Under the pieces are notes generated by a model. It searched no databases, was not told the DNA's origin, and saw only the letters and a list, made by a program, of their open reading frames with translations. From Eledone cirrhosa (lineage: Eukaryota): a stretch of 64,000 bases of DNA. Position 1 is the first letter of the stretch; each line of letters begins with the position of its first letter. The translations under genes and the position numbers were made by a program. This document shows positions 1 to 13,089 of the stretch, piece by piece. The DNA lies in the NCBI GenBank assembly GCA_964016885.1, contig OZ024740.1, positions 362,142,001 to 362,206,000 of the forward strand, given 5' to 3'.

Positions 1-104
1 TGTTTATTTTAAAGGGCTTTTTATGTATCTAAAAACCGTCAACTATAAGAGCATTTGTTAAGCTATGTGAGTATAAAATTAAAATTATTATATATATTTT
101 TTAG

Positions 105-324
105 GATAATGGAGGCAGTATAGTTTCAAACTATGTTGTTGAAAGAATGGATGTTGCAAAAGGCAAGTGGGAACCATGTAGTCGATTTGTACGTGGTACA
201 ACATATGAAGTGATGGGTTTAACAGAAGGACAGAGCTATAAATTCCGTGTGTCTGCTGAAAATGAATATGGTGTAGGAGAGCCTCTTGAGTCAACACAAC
301 CCATTGTTGCAGCTCATCAATACA
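105..324 (+). CDS. unc-22: twitchin exon, Fn3 (DNGGSIVSNYVVERMD...AAHQY)
   Basis: tttag acceptor, gtaagt donor, Fn3 motif YKFRVSAENEYGVG. Confidence 0.93.
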
Positions 325-455
325 GTAAGTAATAATGAACTGCCTGATTATCACATTCTGATAGGCTTAATTCCCCTTTTTAAATGATAAAAATGGAATT
401 TTTTTGAAACTAACAAAGTTAAAGGGTTCAGTGGATGCTTTATTTATTTTTGACC

Positions 456-547
456 ATGAAAATAACCAAATAAGTTGGGCACATAAGGCCCTAGAGATGG
501 AAAAGTCTCCAGGGGATTATGTGCCCAACTTGTTAGACTATTTTCAT
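456..547. repeat. ~90-bp imperfect foldback (MITE-like)
   Basis: atgaaaata..aagttgggcacataa / ttatgtgcccaactt..tattttcat inverted arms. Confidence 0.6.
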
Positions 548-774
548 TGTAAAAAAGAAAAAAAAACAATATAGAATGTACTGAGTGCTATTTAGTGAGT
601 CACTGGCATGTATATATACACATGATGAAATCTTCAAATAGAACAATGTTTCTTGTTTCCATTTTAAATAATTACAATCAATAAGCATACATGTAATTCT
701 GAATAGGAAAATAATTGAACTTTATATGGTTCATATGAAATGAAAATTTCTTGTTACTTTCTTTTAATTATTAG

Positions 775-963
775 CTACTCCTCAAGCACCAGCAACTCCA
801 GAAATAATGGATGTTGATGAGAAGTCTGTTAGTTTAGCATGGTCACGTCCTAAAGATGATGGAGGAAAGAAGGTCCAAGGATATATTGTAGAATACAAAG
901 AAGCTGGAACCAATAAATGGAAACCAGCAACAGACTTTGCTGTTAAAGATACAATGTTCACAG
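775..963 (+). CDS. unc-22: twitchin exon, Fn3 N-half (TTPQAPATPEI...DTMFT)
   Basis: ttag/gtacat; W..P.DDGG motif; phase 1-1. Confidence 0.93.
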
Positions 964-1371
964 GTACATACTTATTTAACAAACTCTCTTTCTCTCAGCA
1001 ACTAAATTGGCAAATACTATTGGTAGTATGTTCATTAAAATGATTTAAATGGATAATTTGAAACAAATTTTCTTATATTCCTTAAGTGTACATACACCAC
1101 AGGGAATTATTTTAAATGTAAATAAAATATTAATTTCTTATTTAATAGAAAATTATGATGTATAAAAATTTTACTATTAAGAAGTAAAATTGATGTAGAA
1201 TGAATTAAGAGTTGTTTATATTTTTCCTTTTAACTTTTTTAATGTTTGAAGACAATATGAATGATGCTTTTTAATTATTACACTCTATGATGATTTTTCT
1301 GTATGTTATATAACATTTTACAGTTGTTATCTTACATTAAAAGATTAATTATAATTATAATTTCTTTTTAG

Positions 1372-1485
1372 TTGAAGGACTAAAGAAAGATAACGAATAT
1401 GAATTCAGAGTTAGAGCCAAGAACATCGCTGGTGTAGGTGAACCAAGTAATAGTACAGGAACAGTTATGTGCAAGCCTAAATACA
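1372..1485 (+). CDS. unc-22: twitchin exon, Fn3 C-half (VEGLKKDNEYEFRVRAKNIAGVG...)
   Basis: tttag/gtgagt; translated by hand. Confidence 0.93.
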
Positions 1486-2089
1486 GTGAGTATCTAGGCA
1501 TTTGTATTTTAACCTTATTGTGATCTATGTAGACATAAGCATGGGTGAGGAAGTAAGGAGTTCACTTTGCAATCAAGCTCTAAGTTCCATCCCACTGTGT
1601 GTGATCATAGGCAAGTGACTTTAACATAACCTTGGACAACTCAAGTCTTTTGAGTAAAATTGGGTAAACAGAAACTATGTGGAAGCCCATCAGATGGATT
1701 GTACTGTACCTGTAATTCAAAAGTTCAACCTTGCTACATATTGTATCATCATGATTTGGCTGGAGAATTATGTTAAAGGTACAGATATCTGTGGAATACT
1801 CAACCACTTACACTAGAAGATAGATTGTACATGTAATTCAAAGGTCCAGCATTGTCTGTCATGCTGATTTTATCTAAAAATTATGTTATCTTTGGAGTAC
1901 TCAACTACTTTTTGTTACTTCATAAGTCAGAGGTCTTTTTATTGAACAACTGAATGTTCATCATCGAAGTTAGCAGGGGATCCATCAGTTTAATAGAAAA
2001 TATTATAAATTTTATAAATTTTATATATATATATATTTAATCTTATTTTATTTTAGATTTTTCATGATAATTTTGAATCTTTATTACAG

Positions 2090-2194
2090 CCAAGCCTGCA
2101 GCTTGTACCAAACCTTATGCCACAAATGTAGGCCAAACTTTTGTTGAACTTAAATGGGACAAACCCAGACAAGATGGTGGCAGCAAGATTACTG
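2090..2194 (+). CDS. unc-22: twitchin exon, Fn3 N-half (KPAACTKP...WDKPRQDGGSKIT)
   Basis: tacag/gtaagt; in phase with neighbours. Confidence 0.92.
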
Positions 2195-2216
2195 GTAAGT
2201 GAAAATATCAGCCATT

Positions 2217-2403
2217 ATTGGCAGTATCGGTAGAGGGACGGACGCCATGCTTTCCAGCATAGTTATGTCCCTTTACGATCTGAGTTCAAATCCCGCCGAG
2301 GTTGACTTTGCCTTTCATCCTTATGGGGGTCGATAAAATAAAGTACCAGTAATGCACTGGGTAATTGCTGGCCTTGTGCCTAAAGTAGAAACAATTATTA
2401 TAA
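2217..2403 (+). mobile_element. tRNA-derived SINE family A (CORE-like)
   Basis: A-box tggcagtatcgg, B-box gagttcaaatcc, cctttcatcctt..ggtcgataaa core, (att) tail; near-identical to other copies in the window. Confidence 0.85.
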
Positions 2404-3528
2404 TAGATACAATGTGAGTTCATCTGTGTCTGTGACTATTTATGTCCCACATCTTAGTGGGTTGATGAAATATGTATCAGATTTGATAAATTAAGTACTG
2501 GTGTTGATATGATTGACTAAATTAAGGCAGTCTCAGCTAATGGCTAAAACAATAAAAAAATGTATACTTATATGTGCAGGCATAGTTGATTGTTTATGAG
2601 GTTAGATTTGCAGTCATGAAGTCTATGATCCCACTGTGTGGTATCTGAGCTAAGTGTCTTTAACCAAAGCCTCATTTTATTCCAAATCTGTGAGTGAGTG
2701 AAATTTGGTAGACAGAAACTGTATGAAAGCCTCTGGAATGAACTGTACCTGTATATTAAATGTACAGCCTTGTCACACAATATAATGCTGAACACACTTT
2801 AGGATTACGTTAAAAGTAAATGTGCCTGTGGACTATTCAGCCACCATCATTATCATCATTTTTATGTCCGTTTTTTTTCACTTAAACTTACTTCAATGAG
2901 TAGGTAGTTCTGATGATAAAACAACTGGAATACTCATTATTGAAACTGATGGATAGAAGACAAGAAGAAGTTGCTAATCCTTTTGTGTCCCTTTTAAATA
3001 TAAGGTGTAACTACTTTTCAAAGAGGTCTCTGTTATCAGTATAAATTTATTTTTCTTCCCATCAAATATTTCTCATTAAATTGAACAAATGAACAAAGAT
3101 ATATCTGCTATCTCACACTGGAATGATTTTCAGTAGATAAGCCTTACTTTCCATAGAAAAAACTGAGTCATATGTATATATGCATATTTGCAGCATAATC
3201 ATTTTCTGTGTGTATCCAATTCAGAATAGGTAACCTATATCCCTGTCTATTGTAAGAGGCAACTAAAAAGGCTGGCACCAGTAAGGAAACCTGGATATAT
3301 TACATTGCCTCACAAAGGACCCCATGATGAGCATGAAGCCTATGATGAGGTTAACAGGGCTAACTCCTGCTTTTCTGGGTAAAATGGCCTTGAAAGACTT
3401 GCAATAATTTTTTTTAAAAATTCTTTCTACATACCATTTCCAAACCAACCACAATTCTTTCTCCCAATAATCATACTGTGGTTCATGTTTATACAAATTA
3501 TGACTTTATATTTATATAAATATTACAG

Positions 3529-3726
3529 GTTATCTAATTGAACGAAAAGATCCCCATAGCAACCAATGGATCAAAGCTAATGATTATCCAGTAATCGATA
3601 CCAGTTACACAATATCAAATCTACCAGAAAATTCTGAACATGAGTTCCGGGTGAGTGCCATCAATGCAGGTGGAGCAGGAGAACCAAGTCCTTCTAGTGG
3701 ATCAATCAAAGTCAAAGAAAAGATTG
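3529..3726 (+). CDS. unc-22: twitchin exon, Fn3 C-part (GYLIERKD...EFRVSAINAGGAG...KEKI)
   Basis: tacag/gtaagt; in phase. Confidence 0.93.
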
Positions 3727-4080
3727 GTAAGTTTAACCCTTTCATGATGAAATACACTCTATTTCAATTAAATGATGAAGAATTTTGAATGATGTACAAA
3801 AATTAATAATAATTTTGAAGTTCTACTTGTTTGGTGTCAGATAAGGATTTAGGATCCACCAGTATTACTTTTTTGTCCTGGTGATAATCATGGACATACA
3901 GCACCATGTAAATGAGCACTGGTGCAAATGTTCATATTTCATGACTCTCAGTAATGAAAATGAGAAGAGACAAGATTTGTTTGGCAAATGATATGATTTA
4001 AGACCATCTGTTTAAACTAAAACAATCACTACATGGCAGTCATTTTAACCATTTAAAAACACAAAATTGTTAACTTTAAA

Positions 4081-4430
4081 ATAATAATAATAATAATAAG
4101 GAAATTATTGTGTACAGTGCTCAGGTGCACTACAACTCATCAAAGGTGCATGTATAGTACATAGAATAATGTACAAATGCCAGGATAGTGAACAGTGTAT
4201 GAGTCATGGAAGAGGCATATCAGGTTTAGTGTTGGCGAATTTCAGGAAGTATGGAGGTTTTAAAGGATGCAATGTCTTGGCAGCTAACAACTGATGCAGG
4301 TAGTTTGTTCCATGCTTCAGCAACTCTGAGCGTGAAAAAATGTTTCTGAAAGTCATGGGAGCTGTTTTCTGACTTTGTAGGCATGCCCATGTGTGTTAGA
4401 GACATGGAATTCAAAGAGGTGCTCAGGTAA
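4081..4430 (-). mobile_element. CR1-type LINE 3' fragment
   Basis: Same family as 10020-10331 (KHFFTLRVAEAWNKLPASVVSC, 3' UTR, (att)n tail). Confidence 0.9.
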
Positions 4431-5082
4431 ACAACTTTCCTGGTGCCACAATTTTCATCACACTATCTGCAATCTTGTCATTGACAGTTTACTGCAGCAG
4501 TTTTTTCCGTGTTTTTTTTTTTTTTTTTTTTTTATTGCTAAATGGCTATTCTATGCAGTAATTTTATTAATCATTTAATTATTAAGATAGTAACTTATCA
4601 TATGGTTATTATATAAAATTATGTTAGAAGATTTTAATTTAAATAGGAACTCTTTTAAATGGGTGGTTTTGCTTTGGCCATGCTGATATCAAAAGAATTA
4701 ACAAACTTTCTTGAGCTGTATCTGGAAGTTTATTTAAGCATTCTATTTTTGTTTTATTTTAAACACCTATTATATTGAAGCTGATGTATATTTTGTATAA
4801 AACGTTTGTTGTGTGTATGTACAAGGCCCACATATAATATATTAAAGCTGTGGTAAATTGTCGGTCATGCTGGAAAGGGGATAGGGTATGAGTAAGAGAG
4901 AGAGAGAGAGAGAGATGATGGTAGCAGCATTTTTTTTATCCCTCACTGTAACAAGATTCTATAGAAATGGGATAATAATCATTTATATAATGCTTAACAT
5001 TGAAATCTAACTTCTATTTGAAACTTCTGCTAGGTTCACTGGTGTAATGATAACTTAACTAATACTATATATTTATTTACAG

Positions 5083-5194
5083 TTGGAACTATTCCTGAAT
5101 TTACCAAAAAACTGATGAATACTAGTGCTCCACTAGGTGGTAAAGCTACCTTCCAAATTGAAGTAGATGGCAAACCTGATCCTGAAATTCGCTG
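5083..5194 (+). CDS. unc-22: twitchin exon, Ig N-half (VGTIPEFTKKL...GKPDPEIRW)
   Basis: tacag/gtatat; I-set motifs. Confidence 0.92.
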
Positions 5195-6091
5195 GTATAT
5201 ATTCCATCATTGAATGATATTAATTTTATTTTTAATAACTTTATGGGGATATAAATGTGTTTATTATGTTACATTCGATAACAAAGTGACAAGTTTATAT
5301 ATATATAAATCATCATTATCATTGTTTAACGTCCATCTTCCACGCTAGGAAAAAACTAAATTGAGAAAAAAGAATAGAATGTAAAATAAGAAAATATTTA
5401 AAAAAAACAAATTCATGTGAAAGGTATAGTAAAAAAAATGGTACTTATTTTCTTGAAGGGATAAAAGGAAAATCAAATCCAGATTTGAATTAAGAATTTG
5501 AAAAGACAAAAATAGGCAGTGAATTGACTTAACTCTTTAGAATTTAAACCGAAAATTCTCTCACCTCTTTCTGTTCAAACCAGCCATAATTGGCCACTCA
5601 TACCAACATTAAGGTATTATTCTCAAAATAAGGTATTATTATCAAAATCTCATAGATTTGATATTATGAGCATCAGGCTTAATCACTTACTGTATTTAGT
5701 ATTGTCTCTCTCTACATTTCAACTTCTTATTCTACCAGGAGTCAACGTTTTAGTCCGTTCTTTACCATATGTTTTAATGAAAGACACAATCTCAGATTTT
5801 CAAATATTAAAAAAAATAAAGAATTTGAAGAGATTTAGCAATAAAACTAATTTTCTCCTGTTTGAAACATAACTTAATATATGTTCTTATATAAAGTTAT
5901 GATGGAAGGTTTTTAAATAAATATATGCACTAAAGTAAACAGTTTTGTGCCATAGAACAAGTGGTGGTTTCAGACAGTTCAGCTTCAAAAGTGTTAAATC
6001 TATTTTTAAACTTTATATTGAATAACAATATTTTACTTTGAAATATTTACTATTTCATAATTTTATAAATTCCTTTTTTTTTTAAATCTAG

Positions 6092-6264
6092 GTTGAAGAA
6101 TGGTATCGAGTTTGGTAGTAGCAGCAGAGCTTCTGTTAAACGAGATGGAGATCGTTATACACTTACTTTGAGTGATGTCACTGCTTCAGATGCTGGTGAT
6201 ATCACTTGTGAGATTACTAATCCTAGTGGTTTTTCTACTACTTCCTGTAACTTCACTGTTAAAT
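6092..6264 (+). CDS. unc-22: twitchin exon, Ig C-half (LKNGIEF...DAGDITCEITN...)
   Basis: tctag/gtaagt; phase 2-1. Confidence 0.92.
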
Positions 6265-6779
6265 GTAAGTAAAAGTCACATAATAAAATGTATATCTTTT
6301 AATGTGTCAAGTATCATCATAATCATTATCCTCACTGTTTTAAATCCTTTTTCAACATTTGCCCTGTCCAGATAGGTTATGTTCTGAGATTTGGAACAAA
6401 TCAGATGATCAAATCTTGCTCATATGTTTCATTTTGGCTTGGTTTCTAAAGCTAGATGCCCTTCCTAACACCAACCACCTAACAACATGCAATCTTTTAA
6501 TGTGTCTACAATCATCATCATCACTCTTTTATTCTTTTATGCCATTTTTCCTCACTGACATAGGATGGTCAAGTAGCATATTATGAGATATGGCAAGTCA
6601 AATGATCATGTCTTACTCATACGTTTCATTTTGTCTCATGTTTTACTCATACATTTAATTACAACTGGATACTCCACCTAATGATACCAGTGTTGGTATC
6701 ATGATCATGAATGATCATGATACCAACACTTGTATTCAGTGCTAAAAAAAGATTGATGATCTTGTAATATGTAAAATGA

Positions 6780-7303
6780 AATGTATCGAATTAGACAGCT
6801 TATAAGATGCATTCTTTTTTCCAAAAAATGTCCCAGAAAATCACTCTACATCTTTAAGGTCAAGGGTCAATTTGGATTACTGGCTAATGGAGTTCTAGTG
6901 GCTCTTAAATTAAACTGCAATCATCTCCGCAAATGTAGACAAGGTGGTGACCATTTCTACACCAACAATAGCAACACTTTTCTAAAAAGCTACAATTTTG
7001 ATAAATTTTATGATGAATAAAATAAATTTATTTTCATTTTCTTTTGTTTTAAAAACGTACCAAATATTTCAACAAAAATACGGTGTAAAGTAAATTTATT
7101 TTCAAACTTCCTTATGTTTTAAAAATATACTAAAATATTACAACTAGAATTACAATGTAGAATGATAATAAAAAAGTACAATGTACAAACTTTATACCCT
7201 TCACCTGACATTCGTAATTTAAGCCCATTTTTTTTTAAGTGCCTGCCCAAATTGAGGTACATTTTATAAACCCATGCATCTTATAAGCCATCCAATACGG
7301 TGT
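6780..7303. mobile_element. old pogo/Tigger-like non-autonomous element
   Basis: Degenerate ends (tataagatgcattc.. / ..catcttataagccatccaatacgg) resemble Tigger-type TIRs. Confidence 0.35.
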
Positions 7304-7559
7304 ATTTAATTTTGAGAATGTGGTCACTATATACTATGAGATTTATTTTATTTAGTTATCTATAAAGAGATTCTATTTGATGAAATGTTTATATTTCTAT
7401 ATAATCTTTCTATGCAAGCCAACATAGCTGAATGCTTAAGATGTTTGCTTCTCAATCTAAAGTTCTAGGTTTGATTCCATTGTGTAGCATCTTAGGTGGG
7501 TTCCTTTAATGTAGTCTCTGATTAATCCAAGTGAAATTGGATAAACGGGAATTGATTGA

Positions 7560-10331
7560 TATACTGGGCACATCCCTTACTCTGTGATGGGGTTTTCAGC
7601 ATGACTGGCTACAACCTGTTTCGTAAAGATCGTATTAATCATGGTGGTGGTGGTGTAATGGTCTACGTTCGGTCAAATCTGTCGGCAATTCCTTGTGCTG
7701 ATTTGAACCAATCACAGCAGGAAGTTTTTTTCTGCGATATACGTATGACCATGTCAACACTGCTACTTGGAGTCATTTACCGTCCCCCAAATTACCATCA
7801 GGACACTCAACTTTGTGATATCCTCAGAGCTGCTGCCAGGAAGACAGCCACTTATGTTTTCATTGCAGGTGACTTCAATCACTCTGAGATTGACTGGGAG
7901 ACCTTTCGTTGGCTGCCAAGTGCAAATGACTTCCTTGAGCTGGTGCTGGACTCGAGTTGGTCCCAGGTGGTCACCTCCACCACCGAGAGGTGACAACACT
8001 TTGGACCTACTCTTCACCACTACTCCTGAAACGGTCATTAGTGTTACTGCTGAGGAACCTTTAGGTGACTCTGATCATGCTATGATCATTGCCAATCTAT
8101 CCCTCATGGGCAGTAACAAGAACCACAACCATCTCCAAACTGCTCACTTTGACTGGAATAAAGCAGACTGGAACTGTTACTGCACCGAGTTGCAACGGCC
8201 AAACTGGCTTGAGTTCTACGACTCCGGAGATGTCAACACTGTACTCCAGAACATCCTGAGATCAATATGGACAGCATGTGCAGCATCAGTGCCATGTAAG
8301 CGGAAAAAACATCCCAAAAGCGCAATTTGGGAGACTGCAGCAGTCCGTCTTGCCAGAAAAGAACGGTGCAATGCTGAACGTGAGTACAAACTTCACAAAT
8401 CAGACATTAATAGGAAGAGGCGAAATAGATCGTCCAACCACCTCAAACAGGTGACAAAAAAGGCAGTGCTTCAATTTGAGCAGCGCATAGCAACCAGCCC
8501 TGACAGTAAGGTGTTCTGGAAGTATGTTCACTCAAAGCAGAGGCCTCACTCTCCAGTTGGTCCTCTTCGCAATCCCTACACAAGCCAGGTTACTGACGAC
8601 CCCAAGGAATGTACAGAGCTCATTGCTGAATGCTATGCAGGCATTTTCACTATTGAAGACCAGAGTGTACCATCTCCACCACCTATGACACCAGACTCTA
8701 TTACAACCATGGAATTTACACCTGCAATGCTGCGACGTCACCTAAAAAATAAACGCAACCATGCCTCTCCTGGTCTTGATGGTGTTACGTACCTGCTTCT
8801 TAAACGTGGTGGGTAGTTCCTTCTACACCAGTTATCACACTTCTTCCAATTCTGTCTGAACAACAGTGCTACTCCAGAACAGTGGAAAACTGCCAGTGTC
8901 ATTCCTCTGTTCAAAAAGGGTGACCGCACATCACCTGTGAACTATCGTCCAGTCAGTCTTACTAGTTGCCTCGCCAAACTGATGGAATCCTGTGTCAGAG
9001 AAACACTTTGGAACTTCTGGAGCTCTCACAGTCTTATCCGGCCCTCACAATTTGGATTTATCCCCAACTCCAGCTGCTGTGATCAACTTATAGAGTTTCT
9101 TGAGGACATCACTCGGATCACTGATGGCGGCTCATGGGTGGATGTTGTTTACCTTGATTTTGCGAAGGCCTTCAATTCTGTGCCACACAAAAGGCTTATG
9201 GCAAAACTCTCTGCAATGGGTGTGAAGGATGATCTTTTCAACTGGTTGAAGTCCTTCATTCTCAGTCGAAGAGAGGTAGTCACGGTTCTGGGACAGCATT
9301 CCTCACCATATGAGATGTCATCTGGTGTACCACAGGGATCTGTTCTTGGCCCCCTTTTGTTTGTGGCATATATTAATGACATAGATGCCAACTTAAGGAA
9401 TGCCACAGTACTAAAGTACGCAGACGACATCAAGCTGTACCTTGAGATAAAAAGGACAGATCCTGAACACTATAGATCTTGCTTGCAGTCTGACCTGGAC
9501 ACAATGCAACAGTGGATCTCAGACTGGCAACTCAAGCTAGCTGTGGACAAGTGCACCACCATGCATTTTGGGAGTAAAAACCCAGCGTCTACATACTCCC
9601 TCCACAGCACTAATATCAAGAAGTCTTCCTGTGAACGTGACCTGGGCATTACGGTCAGCAGCGATTTGCGTTGGACGAGGCACGTCTCTAAAATTGTCAA
9701 GAGGGCGGAGGGTGTCTTAGCATCACTCAGCAAGACCTTTGTCAGCTGCTCTCCAGCTATCTATTTAAGGCTGTATACAGCTATGGTGCGACCACACTTA
9801 GAATTTGCATCACCAGTCTGGAACCCCTATCTTGCTCAGGACATTGACCGCCTGGAAACTGTTCAGAGACGTGCAACCAAGCGAATACCCTCCATCAGGC
9901 ATCTACCATACTCTGAGCGCCTTGCTTCCCTGGGCATGGATTCATTGAAGCTCCGACGCCTGGCAACTGACTTGGTAAACACCCACAAAATTGTTAACCA
10001 TGTTGCCAACAACAACCCTGAGTACCTTTTCGATTTCCATGTGTCTAACACACATGGACATGCCCACAAAGTAAGAAAACAGCACAGTTCCCATGACTTT
10101 CGGAAACATTTTTTCACGCTCAGAGTTGCTGAAGCATGGAACAAACTACCTGCATCAGTTGTTAGCTGTTGAGACACTGCATCCTTTAAGGCCTCCATGC
10201 TTCCCGAGATCCGCCAACAGAACAGCTAACACATACACACATGTACTTCCCTGTCATTTGTGTATTATTCTATGTACTATATTGACGAGTTGTAGTGCAC
10301 CTGAGCACTTTACACAATAATTTCATTATTA
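7560..10331 (+). mobile_element. 5'-truncated CR1-clade LINE (APE endonuclease + RT), disrupted
   Basis: EN motifs (GGGVMVYV, IYRPP, GDFN, LDL, SDH) and RT motifs (NYRPVSLTS, DFAKAF, GVPQGSVLGP, YADD); frameshift near 7985, stops at 8814 and 10170; (att) tail. Confidence 0.95.
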
Positions 10332-10862
10332 TACACTGTATCTAAAAAATAAAAGCGTCAACTTTGTTATTAAATCATTCATAGAATTACATTAAGGATA
10401 CAGAAGAAGAGCATTAAGCAAGAGAAAACTTGTCAAACAAAGTTGGGAGGATTCGTTAGCTGTGTCACAGCTATGACAATTTCACTAGTGCTGTTTCCAT
10501 GATAATATGCATTTGATAGAATGTGGGAACATATGTAAGTAAGATCCAAGCTCCCAGCCTCTCTCAGTAGAGTGTGGGTAACATATATAAGAAAGAAGCT
10601 GCCTCTGGCTCATCTGAGAAGACAGTGATGCCCATACTAACAGAAAAATAGACATTAAATGATGATGATGATGTCTGTGAAGTACTCATTCACTTATACA
10701 TTAATTTAATGAATAGACCGTTCTTGTGATCAAACAACTGGAAGACTCATCAGAGTTCTATTTATCTATCACAAACTATTTGTAATATCTATTAGTTAAA
10801 AATATTTAAAATTATGTACATAATTGAAACATGTTATAATAAAACATTTGTTTACTTTTTAG

Positions 10863-11051
10863 CTCCTCCATCATTTGATAAGAACATTGGAGATCAAGTT
10901 TGTGAAATCGGAGAACAATTTAAATTGAAAGTTCCTTTCAGTGGAACAGGACCATTCGATTTTAAAATAAAGAAAGATGGTAAAGAAATTGCCGATGGTG
11001 ACCGTGCGAGAATATCTGTTTTTGATGACTATGTTATCATTGTTTTGAAAG
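10863..11051 (+). CDS. unc-22: twitchin exon, Ig N-part (SPPSFDKNIGDQ...IIVLK)
   Basis: tttag/gtaagt; within ORF 10814..11059. Confidence 0.92.
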
Positions 11052-11429
11052 GTAAGTAAAATATATAAATACAGTCATATATAAATACATATACACAGAG
11101 ACACAAGGAGCTAAACTCAAAATATGTTTGAAGTACACTGAACAACTACATATATTAAATATGGTTACACATACACAAATTTCTATTGCCTGCATATGGT
11201 AGCAACTAGTTTACTCAATGGCATAGCAAGGATTCTCAAACATAATCAACAAACATAATAGGCCAGCTGTTGCACCTAGAGCCAACTGGCCAATTGCTCA
11301 TCTTTCCCCATTTCTAAATTTACTTGTTTTGTCAAAATTTGTGTTACACATCGAAACATATAGAACATGTAAACACACACAGACACACACACGTACATAC
11401 ATACACACATACATACACACATACACACA

Positions 11430-11461
<32 letters not shown>

Positions 11462-11819
11462 CGATATATTAACAAATGTAAACTATAGTTATAAAACCAT
11501 ATTTATTTCATTATACATATTTCAAGGGCCACCAAGGCAGATTATGGTGCGCTTTCATCAGATAAAATAGAATACAGATTAGTTTTATAAATAAATATTG
11601 ACATACCCTGAAAAAATGCAACCTTAACGGTTGGAGCTTCCTGCATATATACATATGCAGAAGTTATATTTAATTTGTTGGGATTCCAACAAACTTAAAA
11701 GTTTATAACTGATATAGAACACTCAAAAGGTTATAGGAGTAAATATTCAATATATTAATATATATATACATATATATATACATATATATATATATACATA
11801 TATATACACATATATATAC

Positions 11820-11887
<68 letters not shown>

Positions 11888-11889
<2 letters not shown>

Positions 11890-13060
11890 GAATACAAAAA
11901 ACAACAACGCAGGAGTACAAGTTACAAATAGTATTAGTTTTATGCTTAGTGAGAGTGGGGTGTATGGGTGCAACGTTTTGGGCATAAGCCCGTCATCAGG
12001 AGAGTGGGGGGGGGTGACTCCGAGAAGGAGTGAGAGGGAGTTAGTGAAAAAAAGGAGATAAAGATAAAACATGAAGTGGAAAATAAAAGTTGTAAAAAGA
12101 TGAGAGGGGTGTAGGGGTCGGGGAGGACATGGGTGTGGTGGTGCGTAGGGGTGGATGGGGGAAGAGAGGGGGGAAGGAAAAATGGAGTCCAAGCGGGGAT
12201 GATGGAAGGTGAGGTGTGTGTGTGTGTGTGTGTAGATGTACGTATGTGTGTTTATGCGTGGATGTAAGTGTGAGAGTCTGGGGGAGAGCGAGGTTACATG
12301 CTTGTAGGTTTTGAAAAACCATTGTGTATGTTGGAGTGGAGTGTAAGTCTGTGATGGGGTGGTGGAGATCGTGCAGAATCCGGAGACGGTGTGGGTGTAT
12401 GTGCGGATGTGCACGTGTGTGTGTTTTTGTGGTGAAGAGAGGATGATATGGGTTCATGTGAAATGTATGGTTGTGTGTGCGTGAAAATGGTGTAAGTTTG
12501 TGTGTCTAAATTTCTGAATGGTTGCCTCTGTGTGTGTATAAGTGATGGCACGGTTCCAAGTTGAAATCGCATTGGTATCCAAGGGTGTAAGCCCTTGTGG
12601 TAGGGTCTGTAGGAATGGTGAGGAGGAAGTGGAATGTTATGAGGTGCACGCAACAGAAAGTGGTCAAGATGCTCAAGCCAAGGGGTGGGGGATGGCAGGG
12701 CAATGTGTGAGAGGGAGGGGAGGAGGTGGGACCAGCAGAACAGACTGGTGGGAGGTAGTAGGATTGCTGTCAGTAGTAGTAGTAGGAAGAAGCTGTGTAG
12801 AAAGCAGGTATGTGTGGGTGACATGTGTGTAAGTGTGTGTGTGTGGAGTTGTGTGTAGGTGTGTGCGAAGGTGTGGTGGACATGAGAGGAGGTGAGGTCA
12901 GTGTGAAAAGTTGGAGAGGGTGGTGGGTATGTGGGGGTGTATAATAGTGGAGGTGTTAGTAGGATGTGGGTGTTTGGGTGGAGGTGGTGTTGGTAGTATG
13001 GGGGAGAAGGGGGGGATATATATGTAATGTTAAAAGCATCTAGGGAAGCAGGAGTTGAAC
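11888..13060 (-). mobile_element. degenerate Penelope-like element 3' end with hammerhead-like motif
   Basis: CA-rich minus strand ending at a TA array; CTGATGA-C-GGGC-TTAT-GCCC-AAAAC-GTTG at 11971-11999; weak resemblance to a GIY-YIG C-terminus (LSHLHPRIN). Confidence 0.5.
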
Positions 13061-13089
13061 TATCACTCACATAGTCAATAAGATAATCA

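Noticed and set aside
11755-13070. His/Pro/Thr-rich minus-strand ORFs as a host gene
   Set aside because: Low-complexity CA-rich repeat sequence with no coherent domain or splice structure.
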